A DNA stretch of 56,038 bases, counting the filler, from Sphacelaria rigidula (taxonomy: Eukaryota): assembly GCA_964200075.2 (NCBI GenBank). It is 7 parts of 7 records of this genome, joined end to end, with 100 filler letters (N's around TTAATTAATTAA, not from the genome) between each part and the next. Parts side by side here need not be neighbours in the genome. Positions count along the whole stretch, not along the records: positions 16,043 to 23,962 come from CAXNAA020012970.1; positions 24,063 to 31,982 come from CAXNAA020012971.1; positions 32,083 to 40,001 come from CAXNAA020012972.1; 4 more parts are not named here. One strand, written 5' to 3'. Every line of letters begins with the position of its first letter. Positions within the stretch are counted from its first letter, which is position 1. Shown here in pieces: positions 21,140-33,264 of this stretch. The notes below the pieces were generated by a model. It was not told the origin of the DNA. It worked only from the letters and a program-made list of their open reading frames with translations, and did no database searches. The position numbers and the translations under genes are program-made.

Positions 21140-23880
21140 TTAGTCCTCAACAACTATGCTTACTCCCACGACGAAACGTTCACTTTTCAACCTCCGCACC
21201 TCTTCGTTACCGGTCTCGCATAATTGCGCAGGTGTACAAGCCATATCTGATATCAATCGCCCTTCGAGTTCATCTGAGCACGATGTCACGAAGGACGGTG
21301 CGCTCCCTCCAGACAGCGGTATAACAACTGTACGGTCACCCATACGTGGTGAGACGGTTGAAAACAACGAACCGGAACGTTTCGATATCAATGATAGTGT
21401 TTTGGAGGGCACATTTTCAGGGACGGGGCTCAAGATTTAGATGAGGACCGTAGTTCTCCCCATGCTCACCCCCCCTCCCTTAGTGAACATACCACTACAC
21501 ACCAACCAGCCACCCAAAGCACTGACGGTATCCCCACTCTTCTTTCTCAGATGGCATCTCTCCAGGTGAGCCTTAATGCTACGAAAACCTTTCCTGACGA
21601 TGACCTCCGCACCCAAATCGATGCTGAACCCTCTGATCGCCCCACTCTGGCTGTTGCTGACCAGCCCAAGCCAGAACAATCCCCGCCCACGCGTGACGAA
21701 GCATATTGCCAGCTTAAGCAGACTCGCCCAGCGTTCATCCCAACCCGCCATTGGTTCAACGTTTCGGTGACTGAACAAACTGTGTGTTGGGACCAGATTC
21801 AGAACAACGATCTAGCACAGCTTGAACGGGCGTTGAGGCAGTTGGAATTTGCCCGCCTCCAGGCGGGTGAACAGGAGGGATTATCAGGAGTGCAAGAGCC
21901 GGAGCAGGTTCCCCGTAAGATAGATGTCTATCCCGAGAAGAAGCCAAAGAAACAGAGCGAACTAGAGCGCGCGATACGCGAATCCACGAAAGCTCTGAAA
22001 ATTGCGGAGCAAGAATGTAAACTGATAGTACAAAGACACTCAGACGCTATGCACCATTTCTCACTATGTTGGCAAACCTGACAGTCACAACTCCGTTCGT
22101 GCGGTCGCTTACACCGCTAACGTTATCCAACGCCTGGCCCACCTAACCTGGCACACTTTCAACCACATGCACCGGCCCACTCACAAAATGGTAGGAGTTT
22201 ACTCATGAGATAACTATTGCTGCGGCTGAACCCCGCCAGGACGGTACCCAAACAACACTGATGCTCACCTCACAACTTGACAACCTTTTGGGAACCCTCT
22301 ACAAGTTCCGGAGATCCCGAATAGCATCCAGTGGGGTAACTCAGGACGCATTGCTTAGCCCAAAACATAAGCGCCGCCACCTGCCTGTTTATTTTCTACT
22401 TCTGTGGTTCATTTCTCATTAGCTGGTACAACCCCACAGTCAGAAGTGAACAATGACCGGTAATTCACCGCAGAAGTATCCAACAATTTTTCGTCAACAT
22501 TTTGTTTTTCGCTCGACCAGGTCACAGACATCACACACGTGAATCAACGGCGGCCACCGCGGGTTCGACCATGTGGTGTGGGTTCCCTGGATATGCTAAC
22601 ACTGCCTTGAAGGGTTCCAAGACAGTCGAGGCCAGTGCACCGTTGCATGGCTATTAATTGAGCAATGACCAAACCCAACGTTTTAATCCTGGATGTGATC
22701 ACCCAGTTTTACATCCACCAGGTACTAATCATATTCAATCGAACCCCTCCCCTTCGGAGGAGAGGAAGTCATGTAGTGTAGTTTCTAACGCATCCGGAGC
22801 CGAAATATGTTCTGGTACACGTTCATCGTAGAACACCAAACTCAAAACCACACACTCAAGCACCCCCCAACTGCTCGAGTGCCCGGCTAACCACCCTACC
22901 GAGTTCCGCAAAAACTACGGTACCCGGTTCTCTTTTATTTGATGAGCGTAACTGTTCCTTGAAGGATCGCAACCGCAAAGAACCCATGCTTTCCGTGGCT
23001 CAGCGGGTTGGAATGGAACCCCAAGTGACAGCGACTAAGGTGGCGCGCCAAGAGCGTGACCTGGGTTCGACTGTCCGAGAACTCATTTCAATAGCTCCTG
23101 GAGCCGCCAAACCTTTCGTGCGCTATACGCGTCACCCTAGGCGGGCTCCTCCAGATGATCACGTAGATAACCCTGATGTAGCAAGCGCACGTGAACTCCA
23201 AGGAAGAGATTGCGTGTGGGCTCAGACAGATGAAAACCTTAGAGTGGAAGAGGCCGGTACTCCCCAGATTTCGAACAGATCGTTACTGCTCCCTGACCAC
23301 CCCTCGTACACTGCGTTAGAACCAAATTACGATGAAGCGTCGCCGTCTGTAGGGACAGAGACTTCGTCGACTCATGGACGTTCGCATTCTAGTCATGAAG
23401 ACACCTCAATCGTGCGTTCGTCACCAGGCAGATGAAGTGTTACACAAGACGACTCGTCTCCTAACTCACCCACGTCGGCCCCCTTAATAGACGCTGGGTT
23501 GAACAGCACAGCTCTACCAACCCCGCGTCTTGACGAATCGTCTCCAAAACCTCCCATGATGGACCTAGCTACTGACGGTATTGAGTTGATTGGTGTATCA
23601 ATTTCAACACCGCGCTCCGATGAATCGTCCCCCGTTCTGACCAAGCTGGATAATATAATTGATCCCGCTTTGCACAATGAGGACTCGCCCCCTCTGTTGG
23701 CCAATAAGGGTGAAACACCACGCACAAACCAGTTGTCGGGCCCAACCACGACGACTGCCCTTCCCCGGCATCGCCCCTCCGTTGCAGTATATGATATTCA
23801 ACCGTCGACTGATGAGACATGTGTTTCAGGCACAAACACTGACACTCCATGCACGCACCATCCTTCCGACCAAAAGAGTC
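21140..23880 (+). mobile_element. Probable non-autonomous LTR retroelement remnant (LARD-like)
   Basis: Polypurine tract ggaggagaggaag (22756-22768) followed by TGT at 22772; broken S/T/P/D-rich plus-strand ORFs on both sides; no RT or integrase motifs seen. Confidence 0.35.
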
Positions 23881-23962
23881 ATCCTACGATAGGGGGGGGG
23901 GGGTATTTGGTTGCACGAAAAACGGAGGCCCAAAGTGGGGCAGGAATCCTTTCCACCTTTCG

Positions 23963-24062
23963 NNNNNNNNNNNNNNNNNNNNNNNNNNNNNNNNNNNNNN
24001 NNNNNNTTAATTAATTAANNNNNNNNNNNNNNNNNNNNNNNNNNNNNNNNNNNNNNNNNNNN
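23963..24062. other. Artificial contig linker
   Basis: Same spacer. Confidence 0.97.
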
Positions 24063-24067
24063 GTCGT

Positions 24068-24559
24068 GGGGGGGGGGGAGAGGGGTTGTGCACCCATGAT
24101 GTTTCGTGCCGTGGTCATGTGACCAGTGAGGTCGCATCCATAGGAAGCCGGGACGGAGCACGCCGGGTTTCGCCCGACCAGGATCGCAATCAATCACCAA
24201 GCGCAAAGAGCCATGATCTGTGTTTATCGAGTCGCATGAATGTTGAGCTGCATCCTGCTAGAGATTGTTCGGCTCGAAGCGTACTGATTTATCTTGGATA
24301 TGGATGACAGCATCGAATGAGTTGCTTCATTTTCTGGTGTCATCCCTTCCAGAAATAGCCACGGCTTACACACTGCCTCATTGGTGTCTCACCATGCGTG
24401 TACGGGGGGAGAGATGAGGTTCATCGCTCGAGACTACGGACCCGCCCCGAGGAAGGGGGGCGTTTTGAAAGTTTGCCCTTCCCCCCCAAAAAACGAAAGG
24501 GATGCGTGGTCAATGGTCAAACGACTAAGGCAAGCAACAAATGAGTACGCCCCCCCCCC
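24068..24559. mobile_element. Most complete copy of the G/C-run-terminated MITE-like element
   Basis: Left end is a G-run plus gtgcacccatgat..cgcatcc; right end is ggatgcgtggtcaatgg..atgagtacg plus a C-run; the ends are imperfect inverted repeats; a SINE-A 3' fragment sits at about 24395-24465. Confidence 0.6.
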
Positions 24560-25541
24560 AAAAAAAAAATCTTACACATAGTTGTTTACCAGTTTTCAAG
24601 TGGTCGTCGTCGGAAAACGCATATGGGCATATATATACGAATATTTATGTATACGAAGTAAATAACCGCTCATTCTCTCATGCCCAATATTCCGATACAA
24701 GTCTTGTTACGTAGTACAGCCGGGGACAACACCGCTGGTTCGGCCCAGGAAGTTGAACTGCACGCACGAAATATGGGCAAATACGTGCCCGAGGTTGTTC
24801 TAAGAAAGGACAGCAAATTATTGCGGGGGATGCAGAGTCGGTCTCGGTACTTTTTTGCTTGAGCGGACAAAACACTGACACGCCCAAGCAGCGACTTCGC
24901 GTTTTTCGATGTTTTGTCATTAAAACGAAGAGGGCGAGCTCAAGAGGTTTTCGTTTTTTGCCTTAATTTTGACTTTCGTTTGAGACCACTAGTCTCTTCG
25001 TTGTGTCTTTTTTCTTGTCCTTCTTCTCCCCAACGATTGTTTGGCTAGAGCTTTCCGTCCGTCCATGTATTGTTATTTTTTCATTTTCTCTCCTTCAGAT
25101 CTGATGGTTTGTTTTATTGATCTATGATTGATTTTTTCACTGATCTATTCGTTGATCGATTCATCGCTCCCTTCGTCTATTTCTTTCCATTCGTCCATGC
25201 ATGTACTTCTTTGTTTATTTATTCATTCATGTTTTCATTCATCCATGTGTTCATTCATTCATCGATTCATTTATCAGTCAGTTACGTCGATAATGCTTTG
25301 GTTGCTGTTTCCATTCATTGGCGCATGGGTGCATACAATGATTCACCTTTTGGACACGTAGATATACCGTGAGCCCACGCATGGATTCGTAGCACAGTTA
25401 ATAATTATAATGCACGGCAATCAATCAACCATTCAAAGATCAACTAAGAAGGCAAGCAGTTGTTCAATCAAACCGATCAGATCGTGTTGATTTCTTTCTC
25501 ATTCATCTGTGTGTTTGCGCTGTGTTTGCGTTTAATTTCAG

Positions 25542-25664
25542 GTGATCTCGATGACCGCTCGATTACTGGATGGAGGAGACGCCGGGGTTTGCGGAGTGCT
25601 CACCAGCGGTGGGACGGAGAGCATCATCCTAGCGGCCAAAGCACACCGGGATTTTTACAGAGAG
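25542..25664 (+). CDS. SPL: Sphingosine-1-phosphate lyase-like (PLP-dependent group II decarboxylase fold), internal exon
   Basis: tttcag|VISMTARLLDGGDAGVCGVLTSGGTESIILAAKAHRDFYRE|gttcga; carries the TSGGTESI motif; 123 nt, phase 0-0. Confidence 0.93.
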
Positions 25665-25778
25665 GTTCGACTGAAAACATATAGTACATTCCCAAATCGC
25701 GTTGCTATCTGCTCAGAGTTTACGGGGGTTTCTACTGAGGGGTTCGGCCCCGTATACGTGTTTATTATCGTTGCTTTT

Positions 25779-25785
25779 CTGTTGC

Positions 25786-25834
<49 letters not shown>

Positions 25835-25837
25835 GCT
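25779..25837. repeat. (TTG)n microsatellite, possibly the (CAA)n tail of a minus-strand retroposon
   Basis: Directly visible; intronic. Confidence 0.9.
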
Positions 25838-26590
25838 ATTTCTTCCAAACATTAGCCCGATCTGTCGAACCCGTGGTCACAGGCGTAGACTCGCCATTCC
25901 AGTACCGTCGGTACTAAGTTTGTACATTCACGAGTAATGCCATGTTGGTAATCTCTCGGCTGGCCACGATCGGTGCCAGTAGTTATGCCTAGGTATGTTC
26001 AATATCGTCTTTCTCTTATCCAAAAACAAAAAAACAAACCACGCAACCAAAAACCCAAATATTTGTTTCAATTAATAAATCAATAGATTAATCAGTTAAT
26101 TGAACTATTTTGCCCAAGAAAACGTATATTGTGATCCCCCTTCTACCAAAATCCTATAATAATGAAGTATTTTCGATTTTTCTTCCATGAGTCGCGTCGA
26201 TATTTCCTTGGCTGCCCGGGATTTTCGATGGGCAGGATTGACAAGAGATATACTATATGCTGCTTCACGTATTCACGATTCTTGTGGGCTAGTACTCAGT
26301 AATCCTGGATATTTACACCGAAACTTGCTTATTGTGTGATGGCACCTTTCCCAACCAACCTCGACTCAACCAGAGGGATAGTGGCGAAACATATTGTGTA
26401 TTCACGATATGTCGAGCGGACAATTTATGGCCCGGTCCCGTGAGGGGAGGGTGGTGTCTTGCTCTTAGTATCGCCAAGAAATCAATTGTACGGGCACAAC
26501 CTTACCTGTTCGAACCCGGCTTGCGAACGGCCTTCATTTCGTTATGTATATTTCTGTGTCAGATTCAAGGGGGGCTTGCATTAAAAGTGG

Positions 26591-27011
26591 ATGCGCGCGA
26601 TTAGCGTTATCATGTTTGGTCAATGTTAGGATACGTAAGTATTTATATCCTCTGGAACGCCTGTGACCATGCAGACACGCTCCTCCAACTCGCGTATTGT
26701 GGCCAATTAACACTTACGAACGTTTCTATTTGTTTTGCAACGAAAACACCTCAAGTTGTGAAAAATTTGAACAGGATGTTCTCTTTCTGAATCCAAGACA
26801 AACGAGTCAAGAACAAAAGAGGGGAAATCTGTTCAAATATTCTATTTCAGATGCTCTGTCCCTAACCCTAACCCTAACCCCAAGGTGCCTGTGTCAATTG
26901 CCATACAAAGCGAATTAGAGGGGCGTGTTTGCATGGTCACAGGCTTTCCAACAAATTAATATGCTCAGGAATACTCACATTTGGTACAATTAGGGCTCTA
27001 ATCGCGTGCAT
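26591..27011. mobile_element. ~420-bp MITE with ~120-bp inverted arms and an internal (CCCTAA)3.5 tract
   Basis: atgcgcgcgattag...gcctgtgaccatgcagacacgc versus gcgtgtttgcatggtcacaggc...ctaatcgcgtgcat; ccctaa repeats at 26860-26880. Confidence 0.7.
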
Positions 27012-27073
27012 TCATCGTCAGTGACTTTTAGTGGCTTACCCGGTCTCTCTGGACATGCTTTTTGCCTTCTTCA

Positions 27074-27333
27074 GAGTACTTTTCACGGGACTTTTTTTCC
27101 AGACCTTTTCAAACTTCTTGCAAGCAGTTAGAGATTTTTCCCGACTTCTAAAATAATAACCTGCTGAGACCTCCGACGCTAGGTTTTCGGAGTAATCTGT
27201 GACCAGTCTTCAAGTGATCTATGGCCTCATCTTGTAGTAGGAGCTTCTTCTCTCACATTGTTTTGGAGAGGAACATTTATCCCCGACAAAGTAGGAGATT
27301 TCGTCCGAAAAAAAGGTCCCGTGAACAATACTC
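27074..27333. mobile_element. ~260-bp MITE-like element
   Basis: gagtacttttcacgggacttttttt versus aaaaaaaggtcccgtgaacaatactc inverted termini. Confidence 0.55.
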
Positions 27334-27432
27334 GTTACTGCCCATGTTGTTCATATGATGGGTTTGACACGCGTACTGCACGTGCTTTTGTGCATTTGTT
27401 TTTGGGCCGAGGATGAAAACCTTGCATACTCT

Positions 27433-27740
27433 GCCGCGCCCCGGTGGTGTAAATTAAAATGGTCCCGACTGTCACCGTCAGGGTGCAGAGAACGTGAGTT
27501 CGAATCCCGATACGTTGGAATTTTTCGTCAAAATATCTGATTTTCACTGTCGCAAAGCGTGAGCACGTGAGGTATATGAAAAGTAGGTGACAAAGTTTGC
27601 TTTGACAAGGATTGACCCGGTGCGGGAGTGCTGATCCAATCGGCGATACTGTATCAAAATCCCAAGCGTATGTAGAAGAGAGATTGATTGCATCCCTTGA
27701 GACCACGGACTCGTCCGGAGGGAAGAAAGTGGTTTAAACA
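27433..27740 (+). mobile_element. tRNA-derived SINE family A
   Basis: gccgcgccccggtggtgtaa head; B-box gttcgaatccc; 3' end cccttgagaccacggactcgtc. Confidence 0.8.
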
Positions 27741-28394
27741 AGTGACAAATATGTATAAAAGCGATAACAATGTATATATATATATGTGTACGGATGATAA
27801 CCTTTTGTTTCCTTTTCTTATAATAGTCTACTCTGTTGGTCTGTTCTACCTTTTAGTTTTTTTTTTTTTCATTTTTGACCACCGAATGTTTCACTTCTGT
27901 TTGTGTCTCGGGTACGTCTATTATGTGGATAATGACCACGGCTGGACCATGACTCGTGGGGGATCAGCTGAAGTGCAATCCATCCAAAAAATCCAAACAG
28001 CACCCATAATCCCTCCTCACACAACAGAGTGGAAGCATTGCATCAACCAGTCTAGGGTTTAGTATAGGTAGATTATGTGGCTCTGAAATCTCGCGCATAG
28101 CCAGCCCACAAGGAGGTCATGGTAGCGATCGGGCATGTTGACCATTGATTTTACTGATTGGTTGATTGATTGTCGCACAGTAACTGATCCCTGAGGGACC
28201 CAAATGCGGTCATTATCCACAAGATAGGATAGACACACTCGAGATCAACGCAATTTCGACGTTGACTACGAAAAGAAACGTGGATTAAAATGAGAAGATG
28301 GAACAAAAAACAAACGGAGTCAACGGAGACAACAAAGATCGAGAGCACACAGAAAAACGAATCAAAGACAAGCAGAACAAAGAAACGGCCGGCC

Positions 28395-28505
28395 ACGAGC
28401 CTGGTCCGGCGAAAACCGGGCATGCTCCGTCCCGGCTTCGTAGGGATGCGAGGCCAATGGTCTTATGACTACGCCATGCGGGATCATGAGTACACCCCCC
28501 CTCCC
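28395..28505. mobile_element. End fragment of the G/C-run MITE family
   Basis: gagcctggtccggcgaaaacc...atcatgagtacacccccc; other end fragments at about 29055-29131, 30955-31050, 40355-40415 and 50045-50160. Confidence 0.7.
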
Positions 28506-30044
28506 CGTACCCCCATGCAGCATGGCTTCACTGATGAAAAATGTGATCCGCGAAGCATAGTTGAACTTTCCAAAAACGGAGGAAGCTCGAAGAGGCCGAA
28601 ATGTGCGCTGACTTACTTGAATGTCTTGCAATGAGAATTTCAATGTCCATAAGCCAAAAACCCGCCCCAATTGTTTACACCTGTATGGAACCGGCCCTTC
28701 AGCTCAGCTGGTGACAAACACGTCAATACAATGTGCCTGCAGCATCAAGCAGCATTCGGGTACCGTCAATAGACAGCAGGAACAGAATTTTCCCACAGGT
28801 AACCTGCCACTATTTTCGCTGTCTACTCGTGTTTACTGGCAATTCTGCCCACTCCTTCGTAGCCGCACCTTCCCGGTGGTCTAATGCTCAAAACATGTTA
28901 CAAACGTCCGTTGGGCTGGAAGAGTGCGGGATCGATCCCCGGCATATGCAATTGTCTTTTTCCTCTGAGAAGTACCTGATTTCGTCCTTGAAAACGTTCA
29001 GGGCGTGAAAGCGATGCCGCGGTAGCCGCCCCCCTCTCACACGCAGAAGAATACCCCGTCTCGCAAGGGATACGTGGTCAATAGCCAAACGACTACGGCA
29101 GGCAGCAAATGAGTACGCCCCCACCCCCCCCTCATTCCCCCCAGAAAAATGGCTGATTTCAAGCGAATGGCTGGCTTTGAGAAGGCAAACCCTACATGTA
29201 AACCGAGGGGACAAAAGCCGAGCACACCGAGAAGCTGAGAACTTCCATGTTAGGAATCGTTTTGGCCAATGTCACCCATATTAGGGGCTTTATAAAGCCT
29301 GAAACTAGCTTGTCATTTGCTGTATGGTCATTTTCCTCGTGGCGGTTTTGGCGCTAGTTTGGAGGGGGGCTATCGCGGTGTCACTCGTGAGTGAAATACA
29401 TAAATTATATCTAACGAAGGTCGACTCGGCGCGGGACTGCTGATCGGATCCGCGACAGCAAGTTGCAAGGCGTGTGTACCGGGGGTAAGATTGGTCGATC
29501 CCTTGAGACCATGGATTCGTCTCGGGGAAGAGGGAGGAGTTGAAGGTCTGACGCCAAAACAAAATGTACAGTTGCCCGTGGTGGTGCTCAACTTTTCCCT
29601 GGCGAAGTTGCTCAGAGTGTTCGTCGTGGATGCACACACACGAAAAAAAACTTGTTTTCAACCTGTAGTTCTGATGCACGTGAGTGACCGCATGGTGCAA
29701 TAGCGACGGCACATGTAAGCCGCAAAGAGGAGACTCACTTCGCGACGTGTATATCGCCTCTTGATTTGCTTTGTGAGTGGCAGACGCGGGACCAGCACGC
29801 AAAACAGAACTTTGGAAGATGATGCTCGTTACAGACACATGGCCATGATAATTCAGCAGGTGCCAGCTTGCAACACTGAACTGGCAAGGCCTTAACGTTT
29901 TGTGGCGTGCTTGTGTGTCTAGTTGAACACACGAAACAACTATCGGCGATGAGTATATGGGTTTCACCGTTGATGCTTCCGATGTGTGTTTCGCTGTGGA
30001 TAAGCATACTGTCGAATCCCCCTCCCCCCCCCACCCTACACACC

Positions 30045-30575
30045 AGTTCGCGCTTGGTTACTGAGTGCGAGCCTGGTCCGGCGAAAACCCAGCGCGCTCC
30101 GTCCCGGCTTTGTAGGTACGCGAGGTCAATGGTCTGATGACTATGGCATGCATGATCACGAGTACACCCCCTACACACCAGTGTTGCAGAACTGTCACGA
30201 AAGATATCCAATGAAAAGGGTGGGGAGACACCCATGAGGCAGTGTGTAACCCGTGGCTGTCTCTGGAGGTGGCGATACCAGAAAATGAAGCAATTCATTG
30301 TAGGCTGTCATCAGTATGTAAGACAATCAGTACGCTTTGGGCCGAACGATCTCAGGACGATGCTAGATCACCCTTCATGCGACTCGCCGAATATATTGCG
30401 GTGCTTCAGGCTTGGTGATCGATTGCGAGCCTGGTCCGGCGAAAACCCGGCGCGCTTTGTCCCAGCTTTGTAGGCATGCAAGGTCGACGGTCTCATGACT
30501 AAGGCATGTGAGATCATGAGCCCCCCTCCCCTCCCCATCGTGTTGCAGAGCTGTCACAAAGATATCCAATGAACA
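30045..30575. mobile_element. Two G/C-run MITE ends duplicated with their downstream flank, plus element body
   Basis: 30045-30215 and 30405-30575 share the element end and gtgttgcaga..ctgtcac..aagatatccaatgaa; 30220-30540 is the reverse complement of 24068-24390. Confidence 0.7.
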
Positions 30576-30804
30576 TATCGGTAGGAATATTCCGAAACTT
30601 ACGAAAAGCACAGATCCTCCCTTCCCTCCATCCTTCATTCGCGGTGCGCTGTTTTCGCTGCTGTTATCGTGGTCTAGTCGCCGTTGTTGATCACGTCATT
30701 CCTTATTATTTCCTGTTCCTGTCCATGTTCTTGTTGTCAGTAGTGATGTCATTATCCAACTGGTACCGCTGCTGTTATTGTTATTTTCCGTGTCTCGAGG
30801 ACAG

Positions 30805-30897
30805 CGTGGAGTTACATCACCGGAGATCGTGGCGGCTACCTCAGCACACGCGGCTATCGATAAGGCCTGCATTATGATGGGAATACGCCTCATCAAG
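30805..30897 (+). CDS. SPL: Sphingosine-1-phosphate lyase-like, next internal exon
   Basis: gacag|RGVTSPEIVAATSAHAAIDKACIMMGIRLIK|gtagga; SAHAAxxKA motif; 93 nt, phase 0-0; joins 25664 without a gap relative to known S1P lyases. Confidence 0.93.
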
Positions 30898-31911
30898 GTA
30901 GGAGCGGAGCTTTGGTTTGATTCGAAGGACAGCCGACACGGTCTCGTAGAGCCCCCCTCCCCCCCGTGCTCCGTCTCGAGAGGGATGCGTGGTCAATGGC
31001 CAAACGACTAAGGCAAGCAACAAATGAGTACGCTCCCTCCCTCCTCCCCGCTTTATTCGGAAAGTTCCCCATCCATGTTACCAAGAGGTCTCAAAAGAGT
31101 GTTTGGACTCTCGCTGTCCCATACGTTAGGTGAACTATGGGGTGCAGATCATGTCTCCTCAACAGAGGTGTTGACGATACTATGGTTCCGTATATCAGAA
31201 AGATGAGAAGCATATGATGCAAAAACAAAAGGTGGAAGTATACTTCTATGCAGAAGTTGAGTCAAAACACACCCTGTATTAGCAATGTCAGAATGTTTTT
31301 TGGGAACTCTGCGACAGAAGAAGTATCTAAGGGCATACCAGGATAAGGGCACGGCAGAGGGCGGGGACCTTGGAAAGGGTGGTGAGGTGCGATGAGAAAG
31401 CCTTCAAAACGGCTTCATACTACCTGCAGTAGCGCCAGTGACAACGAGGACGACTAACCTTTATTTTTCTGTTTATGTTTCGACGTCTTTAAGGCGCCCC
31501 AATAGGGGCGAAGCACGGCCGTTTTCGGGTAGACTTCAAGACTGGTTCTCGGCCATTCGGTCGCGTGGAGGAAATGGACGTGGTTCACAACAAAAATGGG
31601 CTTCAAGTCTACATAAGCTGGAAACATATAGAAAAAAAAAGTCGAGAAACAGAATTGGGTACGGAAGGGCCTATACAATCATGAGTCAATCTAACCCATG
31701 GGACAGAGGGGATATATTTCTACTGACACATTTCCATAGATTCGAGTTGATTGGTTTGATTTTCGGAGATGAGCTGATCTATTGCGAATTCAGCGGCGGT
31801 TACAAGACAGAGGTACCCAAGATGATAACAAGGAAACAGAAACCTTCGCTTGAGGAGACCTCGATGAAGGAATCAAAATGGAGAATCAAAGGGGAAAGGT
31901 ACACACGTCTG

Positions 31912-31982
31912 CGTGTATGCATGTTTGTATGTTTGTATGTTTGTATGTTTGTATGTATGTATGTATGTACGTATGTATGTAT
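31912..31982. repeat. (GTAT/GTTT)n microsatellite at the contig end
   Basis: Directly visible. Confidence 0.9.
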
Positions 31983-32082
31983 NNNNNNNNNNNNNNNNNN
32001 NNNNNNNNNNNNNNNNNNNNNNNNNNTTAATTAATTAANNNNNNNNNNNNNNNNNNNNNNNNNNNNNNNNNNNNNNNNNNNN
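31983..32082. other. Artificial contig linker
   Basis: Same spacer. Confidence 0.97.
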
Positions 32083-32609
32083 GATTCATTCACTGATTGA
32101 CCGCTTTTCACTCTCAATCGTATCATCTACTCTCAATCTCACGAAAACACTGTTTATTTTAGCTTGCAGCAGTCCGTTCATACCGGGTTCGGGGGTTTAC
32201 GCGCCCATCCTGGGGACAACACCGTGCTGTATTTGGGTCTGAAGAGTCTTCTTTTACTCACACGGTCCCCAACACCTCGAAACACACTACCGTGTGTCTG
32301 ACCAAAAAACAAAAGGTTCTTTGTACCCCCCGTATCGCACATTGAGCCAAAGTTCTGCCAAAACAGTGGCCCTCCTTCGGACAATCTATCACTACATAAG
32401 CTCACTGTGTTTTTTTCACGCCGGGGATGACAACATGTGATCCCCTGATGCTCATTAATTTTTTTTTCACGATGGCAACCATATGTGGAAGACATGTTGA
32501 AGGCCCGTATTTCGAAAACAACTGTATTAGGTATATTATCGCAATATTTCATCACGGGCTTATCCAGTGAGATTTTCCAAACGGGCTTATTTTTGTGGGA
32601 GAGGAAGTA

Positions 32610-32928
32610 TTATTTGTTGTTTATTTGTCGCAGTTGAACCCCTTGCCCTCCTCGGGATGAGTCCGCGGTCTCAGGGAATCAACCCATCTCTGCCCCGGTA
32701 CACGCTTTGCATTTTGGTGTCGTGGATTGGGTCATGACTATCACCACTCCCGCACCGCGGCAACTCAAGTCAAACAAACTCAGTCGATTACTTTGTTTAC
32801 TCACGTTCTCACGCTTTCCACGTTCGAAATCAGACATTGCGATGAAAAAAAACAACGGGTCGGGAATCAAACCCTCGTCTTATACACCCCAATGGCGACA
32901 GTCGGACGATTACACCACCGGGGCGCGG
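32610..32928 (-). mobile_element. tRNA-derived SINE family A, full length
   Basis: Minus-strand head ccgcgccccggtggtgtaatcg, degenerate B-box ggtttgattccc, full body, A-rich tail. Confidence 0.8.
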
Positions 32929-33264
32929 TGGTAGTACATTTATGAAGAACACTCGCGAGGGCAAAATTATGAAGGAACATGCTGTATCATTTAGGTTGTA
33001 TCACGTCAGTGTCACCGACGTTTTTGTGAAAAATGGGTATTGTTATTGCCCTCACCTCATGAATAATGAAGGGGTGTAGCACGCATGTTTTCATCATGCC
33101 CTTGCGCTACTCCGCACCAAGGTTCGTTTGCAACTCTCGAAAGAGAGATGCGGAATCGAGACGTAAGGCCAGACCCGTTTTGAGGCTGGACCAGCTCATT
33201 AAGCTGGGACAGCCATATTGCACATTATTCCGCCATTGCGACGCTGCAGCAACGGCGACCGTAA

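Noticed and set aside
23809..23835. Hammerhead ribozyme cores at CTGATGA sites (also about 5035, 28531, 30134)
   Set aside because: No stem II followed by GAAA could be built by eye; an Infernal search would be needed to exclude ribozymes fully.
25665..25937. Poly-Leu, poly-Cys and poly-Asn ORFs
   Set aside because: These are translations of an intronic (TTG)n microsatellite; SPL similarity stops at the donor at 25665.
26860..26880. True telomere
   Set aside because: Only 3.5 units, internal to an intron and a MITE.
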